Shown: positions 10,003 through 18,630 of the stretch, in pieces
Layout of the letters: each line of letters opens with the position of its first letter
Position numbering within the stretch: the first letter of the stretch is position 1
Virus record (IMG/VR): IMGVR_UViG_3300047489_000453
Span: 1-64,000 of that record
Length of the DNA stretch: 64,000 nucleotides
Direction: 5' to 3' (one strand)
DNA from: a virus
Made by a program: the position numbers and the translations under genes
The notes under the pieces: generated by a model
The model's database searches: none
What the model saw: only the letters and a program-made list of their open reading frames with translations
What the model was told of the DNA's origin: nothing

Positions 10003-10947
10003 TTACACCAACATAAATAGGGCCTTATCTATAAGCTGCTCAGGGAATCCATCAAAGTTAGAGTAAGCGAATGTTTCTTGTTGTCTGATGTGCTTCTCCA
10101 TATCTTTTCTTCGAACTCTAAGAACGCCAACAGGCAAATCGTCGTTGGTATCAAAGTCCTTAAGGTGGCCGTGCGAATCTCCCCAGCTATTTAGAATTAT
10201 GGCGTATGGATCGCTGCCGTTTTTGTAGCCGTCATCTACGCCGATAACACACATTTGATGCCCCCAGCTAGTTGTCTGCCTGTGGAAACCATCGCTGCTG
10301 GGTTCCATATTATAACCTATGTCACTGGCTGTTGTACATGGATAGCCATTTACTACGGCATCAACTAAGTCGTCCCAGCTCTTAATAAGGGCCGCTGATT
10401 TTACTGGATGGGTTTTACCCTCGTCTACAAACTTCTTTTCAGGGCCTGGAGTGTCCCCCCATTTTTTTGCCACTCTACCTGAATATTTAGGAACGCCGTC
10501 AAAGTCGGCCCTAAGGACGCCGTATTTAATGACCGCGTCTGCCATCCAACTTCCAAGCGAGCCGTCGTCGCCATCGAACTGGCCTCGGCCAATTAGTACT
10601 CTACCGGTTCCGTATAAGTAAGGAGGGAATACTGGCGCCCACTTTTCTCTGTCGCCTTTCATAACTCTTTCTGCCGCCATAAGGTACTCGACGGCATTCT
10701 TCGCTCCAAAGCTAACGCAGTCGCCAATTTCTTGAGGATAATTATCTGTGTCCTTGCCTAGAACTTTACGAGTAACATCGTAAAGCATCATTTTTTTACC
10801 TTTAGAATCCCTGGTCTTGCTCCTAATAGAAAAGTCAAGAAACGAACCCTTGATAAGGTTAAACTGCTCTTCTACCAGCTCCGGGTTGTTTGTACCGAGC
10901 CAGCCATTAATATTTTTGTCTTGGTAAGCTTTTGCTATTTCGCTCAT
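10003..10947 (-). CDS. Papain-like (C1) cysteine protease
   Basis: QEIGDCVSFG (oxyanion Q, catalytic C), WGHQMCVIG (H), IILNSWG (N). Confidence 0.85.
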   Translation of the reverse strand: MSEIAKAYQDKNINGWLGTNNPELVEEQFNLIKGSFLDFSIRSKTRDSKGKKMMLYDVTRKVLGKDTDNYPQEIGDCVSFGAKNAVEYLMAAERVMKGDREKWAPVFPPYLYGTGRVLIGRGQFDGDDGSLGSWMADAVIKYGVLRADFDGVPKYSGRVAKKWGDTPGPEKKFVDEGKTHPVKSAALIKSWDDLVDAVVNGYPCTTASDIGYNMEPSSDGFHRQTTSWGHQMCVIGVDDGYKNGSDPYAIILNSWGDSHGHLKDFDTNDDLPVGVLRVRRKDMEKHIRQQETFAYSNFDGFPEQLIDKALFMLV

Positions 10948-10955
10948 GTCATCTC

Positions 10956-11750
10956 CTATTTTACTGACTTAAGACCTGTTGCCACTTCTCTCCAAGCCTC
11001 GGCAAAATCGTTAGCGTTTACCATTTGTTTTTCTTCGTAAAGGGTATACAGCACGTCCTGCATATACTTAAAAAAAGGCTCCCAATCAGCCCTGTAGTTA
11101 CCGACAGCTGCTCTATTAGCCTCAGTCGTCTTCTTAAGAATATCGTCTACTTGATTAAGCGCCCCGGCCGAAACGGCTGAAGCTATAGACTCAAATGACT
11201 TGGCTATATTTTTAGCCCCAGATTTTCTAGCCTGGCTAGTTACTTTTGACATAGCGGCTTTATAGGCTTTTGAATTTAAATTGTACCTAGATTCAGGAAA
11301 AGTAGGCTCAGGGTCTACAGGTGTTGGGTCAGGCCCTGGCTCAGGTGTGTCGGCTCCTATTACAACAGGAGTCGACAAAAGAACTGTCTTGGTGCCTACC
11401 TCGCTTATTTTGTCGCCTTCTTTAACTACGTACAGGTAGGTAATAGCTACAAGAGCGGTCATCTTTTTATTAACGACGCCGGCTCCAAAGAATATGCCGT
11501 CTTGATATTCTCTTACCCTTTTTTCTTTATCACCATCAAAGACCTTCCACGCTAGACTATAAGACACAAAATGCTTTGGCGGGTCTTTGATAGGTGAAAC
11601 CGATAAATCTACGAGTTCACCAAGAGGTATTGGCGTCTCTGCTCCTACAATTTTTTGCTGCGGAACGATAAAGTCAGCTCCAAACAAAGAGTTTGCGCAG
11701 ATTGTAATCGTGACCGCAATAGTAGCTAAAATTCTAATAAGCATTATCAA
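10956..11750 (-). CDS. Exported protein: signal peptide, beta-sandwich domain, Pro-rich linker, helical domain
   Basis: MLIRILATIAVTITICANSLFG signal-like N-terminus; PEPGPDPTPVDPEP linker. Confidence 0.6.
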   Translation of the reverse strand: MIMLIRILATIAVTITICANSLFGADFIVPQQKIVGAETPIPLGELVDLSVSPIKDPPKHFVSYSLAWKVFDGDKEKRVREYQDGIFFGAGVVNKKMTALVAITYLYVVKEGDKISEVGTKTVLLSTPVVIGADTPEPGPDPTPVDPEPTFPESRYNLNSKAYKAAMSKVTSQARKSGAKNIAKSFESIASAVSAGALNQVDDILKKTTEANRAAVGNYRADWEPFFKYMQDVLYTLYEEKQMVNANDFAEAWREVATGLKSVK

Positions 11751-11771
11751 TACCTCCGGGTTATGTGTCTG

Positions 11772-12026
11772 TTACTTATTCAACGCTGCTGACACCAGCT
11801 TAATGGCGTCATCTTTACTGATCGGCTTTTCTGGAGAGAAGGCGTCGATAAGTGTTAAAACAAGTTCAGCAAACCAGGGCTGCTCTGCGAACTGTTTTAA
11901 AATTGCCACGATCTTGTCATCCAGATCGCCAGGAATAACCTTAGTCATAGATTCTGAGATCTTAACAATAAGATCGATAGATTTTTGAACCTTTTCCAGG
12001 CTCAACTCAGTCTTAGCTGTACTCAT
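11772..12026 (-). CDS. Small helical hypothetical protein
   Basis: 84 aa, AAGGAG RBS, amphipathic helices. Confidence 0.55.
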   Translation of the reverse strand: MSTAKTELSLEKVQKSIDLIVKISESMTKVIPGDLDDKIVAILKQFAEQPWFAELVLTLIDAFSPEKPISKDDAIKLVSAALNK

Positions 12027-12065
12027 TTTATTTCTCCTTATGTAAGTACTTTGCCAGGTAATCTT

Positions 12066-13700
12066 TTATACACTTCTTACGGTTATTTCAATATCAGCCT
12101 TGTCTAAAAAGTAGCAGACTGTGTTAGGGGTAACCATGCTTGCAGGCTCGTCAGGTATATCAAGTCTCGTCTTCCCATTAATAAACCTTATACGGCCACT
12201 TGGATATATTATTCTTCCTCGCAGATCAATTGAGTGAATTGACTGATCATTAGTTAGGGTGTTTTGAATTACGGCTATGATATTAGACTCATAAAGACTA
12301 GCACCAAATCCTAGGTTGCTAACATAATTATATATGTTATCGCGTATTGTGTCAGTTAACACTGTGTAATCTTTATTTCTATTGTCTATAGTTATTGATA
12401 CGGCTACGTCAAATGGTATGGCCGCCTTTACAAGAATGTCAGAGCCTGACGGCCTAACACCCCTTCCACCAAGAAAAATTTGAAGGTCTGGTAAATTCTT
12501 TTGATACCTTAGCGTAAGTCTATAGTTAGCCTTTGCGCCTAACGCTACAGCCGCATCAGTGTCTGTATCTAAAAATTTGACTACGGCTGTTTGATAAGGT
12601 GAAAAAGCAGCTTCAACGCCCTTCTCTATTTCTGGAGAAAACCCGGTACCGTTGTCAGTAAGATCGTAAGCCCTGATAATACTTGTTACCTCGTAACCGT
12701 TTACTATAGATAGATTGTCTTTATCGGCCTCTCTAACTACCCTGGTTGCCTCGTAAAATCCAGGTGCTACGGTTCTAGGAAGAGACACCTGCCACGTGCC
12801 GCCCGCTATGCCCTGCTCTACAAGTGTAGCCACAACATCAGCATTTATTTTTGACGGCAGCCCTGTGTTTCTAATGTAGGCATCAACTCTTCCACCGTGA
12901 GCTACAGGAAACAGCCCATGATACCTGACCTGTTCTGGGTCGCCGTAGCCTATGCACGACACGTCATGAACTGAGGAGTAGTATGTCTTTATAAGAGATT
13001 CTAGTGCGTATTTATTAGAAAAGTTTTTACCGGCTATTCCTTCTTTGAGCCTGTTTATAAGCTCCAAGTTTGTCTCAGGACTAGTGCCTTCCGCAAAATC
13101 TACATTAACAGATGCATACAGGAATCCGGGTATTGGATTACTCATCTCAAGTCTATCGCCCTGTTTTAGGGCTGTATCTTCGCCCGTATTGACTGCCTCA
13201 ACATTTATATTAAATCCGTAAGTCCCATCTCCCAAAGAAAACATAAGTCTATCGGTAGGTATTACTAGGGATTGTGAGCTCAATTTAGCCGAGTACGTGG
13301 CCGTAGAAGCATATGACTTTCCAAAAGACGTAAACACAGCCCCTTCGGCTATCGATACGCTTTTAAACTCAGAAACAACTATGGTTATTTCACCGTTTGA
13401 TTTTGATCCTTCCTTTCTAGTTATAAGAAAATTGCTCAATACGGCGTCGACAAGAGCGTCGTCAGCAATAGTTGGATCTGCTTCAATGGCGCTTATAGAC
13501 CCAGCTTTTCTAAACTTGTCTGCGTACGTCTCCTGAGCCGCATGAACTACGCTCTCTAGGTATAAAAGCAGGTCATGTAAAACGCCTCGCCTGAAGTCCG
13601 CCGTCGGGCTTTTCTCCTGCAGCCTTTGAATAAGCAAAGCCCTAGCGGCAGTTACACTTGCCACGTCGAGATTAGTAAGTGACGGAAAACTTATGGCCAT
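12066..13700 (-). CDS. Baseplate J-like wedge protein
   Basis: ITRKEGSKSNGEITI, INVEAVNTG and FAEGTSPETNLELINRL match the baseplate J/gp47 pattern; directly follows a gp25-like gene. Confidence 0.85.
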   Translation of the reverse strand: MAISFPSLTNLDVASVTAARALLIQRLQEKSPTADFRRGVLHDLLLYLESVVHAAQETYADKFRKAGSISAIEADPTIADDALVDAVLSNFLITRKEGSKSNGEITIVVSEFKSVSIAEGAVFTSFGKSYASTATYSAKLSSQSLVIPTDRLMFSLGDGTYGFNINVEAVNTGEDTALKQGDRLEMSNPIPGFLYASVNVDFAEGTSPETNLELINRLKEGIAGKNFSNKYALESLIKTYYSSVHDVSCIGYGDPEQVRYHGLFPVAHGGRVDAYIRNTGLPSKINADVVATLVEQGIAGGTWQVSLPRTVAPGFYEATRVVREADKDNLSIVNGYEVTSIIRAYDLTDNGTGFSPEIEKGVEAAFSPYQTAVVKFLDTDTDAAVALGAKANYRLTLRYQKNLPDLQIFLGGRGVRPSGSDILVKAAIPFDVAVSITIDNRNKDYTVLTDTIRDNIYNYVSNLGFGASLYESNIIAVIQNTLTNDQSIHSIDLRGRIIYPSGRIRFINGKTRLDIPDEPASMVTPNTVCYFLDKADIEITVRSV

Positions 13701-13705
13701 AATTA

Positions 13706-14200
13706 TTACCTCGAGGGCACTACTGATACCGGTACAACAAATACTCTTGAAGCTCCGGCCAGACTATTAATACGAAGAGATATAGTTAACTTTGATCCTG
13801 CTACTACTTGAACTCCCAAAAGGTCTACGCTTCCATACTTCTCATCGTCTTGATAAGTAGTATTTAGATCCTCCTGCAGCAGGTTAAATTCAACTTCAGC
13901 TTTAGCTGAGTTAAATATTATTGCGGCGTCGAACTCTGTTCTTACCCTTCCTGATCTAACTAGGCTTAAAAACGATGATCCCCTGTCTGGAAGATACAGT
14001 AGCGATCCTTTTGGAGTTAAAAACTCAATAAGCCATCTTTGCACTAGCTTCTGTACACCTGAGCATACTTTTCCTGACGTATTATTTTTGCCGTACAAGT
14101 GCTGGTCGAGTTCAAATAGCTTGTCCGAAAACGTTCCGTCTAGGGCAAGAACATCCACCTTTCTATTTGTATAGTCAGTAGTTTTAGCGGTAGATGCCAT
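13706..14200 (-). CDS. Baseplate wedge gp25/W-like protein
   Basis: GVQKLVQRWLIEFLTPKGSLLYLPDRGS is a gp25-like signature; size and position next to J agree. Confidence 0.7.
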   Translation of the reverse strand: MASTAKTTDYTNRKVDVLALDGTFSDKLFELDQHLYGKNNTSGKVCSGVQKLVQRWLIEFLTPKGSLLYLPDRGSSFLSLVRSGRVRTEFDAAIIFNSAKAEVEFNLLQEDLNTTYQDDEKYGSVDLLGVQVVAGSKLTISLRINSLAGASRVFVVPVSVVPSR

Positions 14201-14212
14201 AACTCGCCCTCA

Positions 14213-14683
14213 CTATCTTTGCGACTTTTCAATTATTTTTTGGACGTAACCTAATACGCCGCTTGGACCTATAAAAGGTCCTTTTCCATCCCCTTGCCCT
14301 TTTCTTCTTCCTGCTGCCAGGGCTTCACTTTTGGCCAGTCCAGTGTATCTTAAATTCATCGCCCTTTCCATTGCCTGTAAATAAGCGGCCTGAAGCTTAA
14401 GAGCTTTTACGTCTCCGTCAGTTCCTGGAGACTCAACGTTAAATATTAGCCCGTAGTCCCTGTCTATTTTTTTTAATCTTGAGAATTCTTCTTTAGTATT
14501 AGCAGTGTTGTAAGGATTCTTTTTGTTTGTAAAAAGTAACGCCTGATTCCAGTCCCTAGACTCTCCTCCCTGAACCATATATTTGTGCATAGAGTCCGAC
14601 TGCTCTGACAGCTTTTTTATGTTGTCTTCAAAAGTTATGTCAGGGCCGCTTACTACAGACTTTCCGTAATATATTGAGCTCAT
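14213..14683 (-). CDS. Hypothetical protein
   Basis: 156 aa, translationally coupled (ATGA) to the sigma gene. Confidence 0.6.
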   Translation of the reverse strand: MSSIYYGKSVVSGPDITFEDNIKKLSEQSDSMHKYMVQGGESRDWNQALLFTNKKNPYNTANTKEEFSRLKKIDRDYGLIFNVESPGTDGDVKALKLQAAYLQAMERAMNLRYTGLAKSEALAAGRRKGQGDGKGPFIGPSGVLGYVQKIIEKSQR

Positions 14684-15744
14684 AGCACCCCTACCTTTTC
14701 TCTGCTATCAAGTTTCTTTTGAATTTCCGCTCTTATTTGACTTACTCTAGCCGGGGATATGCCCAGCTTCCTAGCTAAAGCCTCGTTGTCTAGTACTTCT
14801 TTTCCGTTCATACCAAACGTATGCTCCATGACCATTTGAGATCTTGGGTCAAGCCCGTCGTATACGAACCTTCTCCAAGCGTCTCCGCTGTCAGACGTCC
14901 CAGGAATGTTTACAGCTGGGTCATTAACATACTCGTCATCACCAGAAAACATAGCCTCAGTTGCGGCTCCTTCTGATATGCCTGGCTTAAATGACCTTAT
15001 GGTTTCTATTCTTTTTAGAGACATGCCAGTGTGGTCGGACAGCTCTTGGTCTGTAGGCTCTCTGCCAAGCTTATCCGTGAGCTCATTCATGGCCTGGTTT
15101 AAATGGTAACTGTCTATCTGCACTCTCTCTGGGACGTTTAAAATTTGGTTAGATTTAGCGTAAACCCTCCTAAGGCCTTGAAGGTGGGCCATAAGATGAG
15201 TCTTTAGCTTAGCTTGAGCAGGATCGTATGTATTTAAAGCCTCTAAAGCCATCCTATTGGCATGCAACCTTACACTTGGTGGGACATCTTGACCGACATA
15301 GCTTTTCAAAGCAGCTTCAATTATAGGCTGAATTTTTTGCAACATCATATCGTTGCTTTCTGGAGTTTGATTCTTCTTCCAGTTATTAAAAGACTCCTCA
15401 TATTCAGGCTCTATTTTGAGCTGGGATGATGGCTTCATATTAAATGGCTCATTTGCTTTTGAGCCATACGGGCTAGCTGGCTTGCTTGTACCGTCTTGAG
15501 GTTGGGCTGGAGCCATCAATGGAGGCTGTTGAGGCTGCGCCGGCGGCTGACCGAACATAGGGGCGGTGTTTTTAGGGGCTTCAGGCTCGCTAGAGGTGCC
15601 TGTAATAGCAGTATCGCTTAGGACAGAATTATTGTTATCGTCTGATGAGTCCAACAACGATTTAGGCTTGTTGGCCTGATTTTTTTGCCCCAAAGAAAAC
15701 ATAGTGGGGACGTCTCCAAAATTTTTCCTACCCATACTACTCAT
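14680..15744 (-). CDS. Sigma70-family RNA polymerase sigma factor (group 3-like) with a ~110 aa disordered N-terminal extension
   Basis: Region 2 ALEALNTYDPAQAKLKTHL, region 3 KLGREPTDQELSDHTGMS, region 4 HTH LDPRSQMVMEHTFG...EALARKLGISPARVSQI. Confidence 0.85.
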   Translation of the reverse strand: MSSMGRKNFGDVPTMFSLGQKNQANKPKSLLDSSDDNNNSVLSDTAITGTSSEPEAPKNTAPMFGQPPAQPQQPPLMAPAQPQDGTSKPASPYGSKANEPFNMKPSSQLKIEPEYEESFNNWKKNQTPESNDMMLQKIQPIIEAALKSYVGQDVPPSVRLHANRMALEALNTYDPAQAKLKTHLMAHLQGLRRVYAKSNQILNVPERVQIDSYHLNQAMNELTDKLGREPTDQELSDHTGMSLKRIETIRSFKPGISEGAATEAMFSGDDEYVNDPAVNIPGTSDSGDAWRRFVYDGLDPRSQMVMEHTFGMNGKEVLDNEALARKLGISPARVSQIRAEIQKKLDSREKVGVL

Positions 15745-15753
15745 AAATCACCA

Positions 15754-17379
15754 TTACTTTTTATCTAGTTCAGACCCTATCCATACATTGTCATATAATG
15801 GATGCTCAGCTAATGTAAATGACGAATTAGCTTCCTCAGCGTGCGTTCTTATGTGGGCCACGTTATATACCGTGCTTGCAACCGAAGAGTTAGCATCTAT
15901 TGAATATGATACTCTAACAACTACTCCGTAAAAATACTTATTGTCGCCCGCGTCAGGCAGGTGGTAATCCTCTGGTATTTCAAATTTTATTTGACTGCCT
16001 ACCCCTATGTCGAACCTAAGAGGCCCGGATATGGTGCCCTGTCTTCCTTTTATGACTTCCAGGCCATATACGCATTTGGCATAAGCATCTCTAATTCCTT
16101 TGTATTCTTTTATCATCTCCCCAACTGATTTTTTTGATGGGGGCTGTAACTTTTGAGGATTAGGCGCCCCGCCCAAGCTGTTTTTATCAGCGCTGCCAGC
16201 AAAGTATGAGTAGTCGATACTTAGCCAGCTAGGAGGGTGCTTAAACAACATAGTGCCTTTACATCCTAGAGCCTGATTTATATACACGCCGCCCATAGTA
16301 AGATCAGGAGGAAGGGGCTGCTCATGCGGACCAGCAAACGGCTGCACATTCTGAGGGAATACTATGGCTACGCCTCTTAGTGTCCTGGGACAATCTCCCG
16401 ACACAGATATTGAGTCAGCTTGGTCAGCTGTTATTGTTTTAAATGGTTTTTTGTTTTTACCGACCGCAACTGGGCAAAATGGCACCACCTCCGCCGATTC
16501 GACGTGCGGTATGACCGCAAACATATAGTTACCGCTGCAGGCTATAAGACAGTCCCACAATGTCTGGCCTGCTAGATTTTCCAAGTAAACATTAGATATG
16601 TCATTTACTATTGATCTGCCAACGTCAGATGCCTGGGCATCTAGTAAGGTTATTTTAAGCGGGGCGCCCGTACTAGTTATTTTTTTAAGAGCGCTGCTGG
16701 CCGCTTTGTTAAGTATATCGGCCTCGGTACAAGACCCTAGAGTTTGCCTATTTAGATCAGCCAGATTATCTGTGGTGGCTGCTGTGTTTAATATTTTTTT
16801 AAGACCACTTTCCCAAAAATCATCACACAAACCTCCAACACCGTCAGCAGCATTTATCATCCAGCTTGCCGCTAAAAACGCAGGCTTACCTCCTTGAGTG
16901 AATTCTGCTGAAGGACCATTTTTAAAAAGGGCGGCCCTTTGAAGATCAGCTGGAGTAGCGTAGTGCGTGCCAGTGCTTAACATCGTGGAAGCCGATAAGT
17001 CTGAAAGCCAGTGCTCCATTGATATGGTTAAAACAGCCGCTCCTGCTGTTCTTTGAAAACCAAACCCAGCTATATACCCGTCAAATATTAGTTTGCTATC
17101 AAATTGAGGTATTGGGTTAGTTACGCCCGAAGTGCTCTGCTCTTTGTAAGCGGCATATATTTTTATACCTTTTCTAAATAAAAATTTATCATTTATGGCG
17201 GCCGCCACGGCTTTATTTGAGTTTACGTCCCTGCCTAAAGCCAACGTAGCCGTAGCCGCTGGTATTCCATTAAGAGTAAACTCAGCATTAATATTAACGA
17301 CGTCAAGGACGTCGCTACTGCCGTCTATAACGGCATAGCATTTAACCAGCCTTTTAGAAAACGATTGATCTCTAAGCAC
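15754..17379 (-). CDS. Baseplate hub (gp27/gp44-like) protein
   Basis: N-terminal beta strands LIFDGYIAG and C-terminal GTISGPLRFDIGVGSQIKF...YFYGVVVRVSYSI hub pattern; position after the tape measure gene. Confidence 0.6.
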   Translation of the reverse strand: MLRDQSFSKRLVKCYAVIDGSSDVLDVVNINAEFTLNGIPAATATLALGRDVNSNKAVAAAINDKFLFRKGIKIYAAYKEQSTSGVTNPIPQFDSKLIFDGYIAGFGFQRTAGAAVLTISMEHWLSDLSASTMLSTGTHYATPADLQRAALFKNGPSAEFTQGGKPAFLAASWMINAADGVGGLCDDFWESGLKKILNTAATTDNLADLNRQTLGSCTEADILNKAASSALKKITSTGAPLKITLLDAQASDVGRSIVNDISNVYLENLAGQTLWDCLIACSGNYMFAVIPHVESAEVVPFCPVAVGKNKKPFKTITADQADSISVSGDCPRTLRGVAIVFPQNVQPFAGPHEQPLPPDLTMGGVYINQALGCKGTMLFKHPPSWLSIDYSYFAGSADKNSLGGAPNPQKLQPPSKKSVGEMIKEYKGIRDAYAKCVYGLEVIKGRQGTISGPLRFDIGVGSQIKFEIPEDYHLPDAGDNKYFYGVVVRVSYSIDANSSVASTVYNVAHIRTHAEEANSSFTLAEHPLYDNVWIGSELDKK

Positions 17380-18158
17380 TATGATACCTTCCTTATAACT
17401 GGCGTTTTAAGAATCTCTTTTGCCAGCACCAGGCTTATAGCCCCTAGCTTTTCGGGAAGAAAATCAGATGTTCTCCACAACTCTCTTAAATCTTTGTTAT
17501 CCGCAAATAGTAACAGCTCAACATCAGAGTCTTTTATAAGGTCGCAATCTACAGCAATCTGTCCAAGATCTTTTTGCGGTCTTCCGTAAGCAACTAACCT
17601 CCAGCTGCCATTTCCTATAACTAGCCTTATATCGTTTCCAAGGTCGTAGTAGCTTCCGCTTATATTAATTATCTTTGATTTCTTTGTAGCTTCGTCAACC
17701 AGTGTGCAGGTTCCGTTAGAAACAGCCAACTCATATATAAACTGAGACCTTCCGAGTGAATCATCAGCTACTGGTGTCTTTAAATACGAGTAGTCTGGAA
17801 CAGCTGAATTGTTTAGAGCTTCTACTGTAAGAGAGCCAAACTTAGACATATCAGCGGCATATTGGTTAGGCCAATAGGTTAATCTAGTATCCTGATCGGT
17901 TGCTACCTCGTTAAGTAGGCTATCGTGCCATAGAGTTGTAATCTGGCGCAGTCTATAGTTAATGTAGGCTCTGTCAGGCTGCTCGCCAAAAATAAGTCTT
18001 CTTACTGTGTTTAGGTGGGACGGCAGCGTCCTAGTCGCATAGAGCGGGTCAACTAGCTCTTCTCCTGGAAATTCAAGACCAGGCCAGTTAGATCCGCTTA
18101 TGTTTAACAAGGCTGTTCTGTAGTGATTTATCATTTTACACCGTAGTCTTAGGGACAA
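17379..18158 (-). CDS. Hypothetical baseplate-region protein (likely start ATG 18134)
   Basis: Position between a tube-like gene and the hub gene. Confidence 0.5.
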   Translation of the reverse strand: MSLRLRCKMINHYRTALLNISGSNWPGLEFPGEELVDPLYATRTLPSHLNTVRRLIFGEQPDRAYINYRLRQITTLWHDSLLNEVATDQDTRLTYWPNQYAADMSKFGSLTVEALNNSAVPDYSYLKTPVADDSLGRSQFIYELAVSNGTCTLVDEATKKSKIINISGSYYDLGNDIRLVIGNGSWRLVAYGRPQKDLGQIAVDCDLIKDSDVELLLFADNKDLRELWRTSDFLPEKLGAISLVLAKEILKTPVIRKVS

Positions 18159-18618
18159 CAGCCAAAGTCATAGTAAACTGCCCAAGAGATGTTTGAGCAT
18201 CCGCTATACCAAAGTTAAATCCAAGTATGAATGTTTTAAGTGTTATGCTTTTTCCAATCTGTACAACGACTGGATTAGGATTACCAACTGCATTTTTCTG
18301 AGTAAAGTAGTTATAAAATTTATCCAAACCACCATCCTGCTTTCCGCCGCCGGCAATACAAACGTCGCCTAAAAAAATTATTCCAGACAATGTCATCTGC
18401 CCTATTCTGTTACCAAATACATTTATGTAGATAGTGTCCCTAAGGGTATGCATAAACTGAACATTAGTCTCTTGACCAAATGTCACACCAGTAACTATTC
18501 CTTTTATAGTTTCATTATTTAAAGCTGCGTTATCCACGCTAATTGCAAACGGAACCGGAGCATTTCCAGCTGGATTTATAATACTTACTGTTCCTTGTGA
18601 TGATTCTAGTAGTTTCAT
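18136..18618 (-). CDS. Tail tube-fold baseplate/tube initiator protein
   Basis: 160 aa beta protein directly after the tape measure; TIYINVFGNRIGQMTLSG resembles RYYVLGKPSGTFSI of the tube genes. Confidence 0.55.
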   Translation of the reverse strand: MKLLESSQGTVSIINPAGNAPVPFAISVDNAALNNETIKGIVTGVTFGQETNVQFMHTLRDTIYINVFGNRIGQMTLSGIIFLGDVCIAGGGKQDGGLDKFYNYFTQKNAVGNPNPVVVQIGKSITLKTFILGFNFGIADAQTSLGQFTMTLAVVPKTTV

Positions 18619-18630
18619 GGTTTCTCTTGG

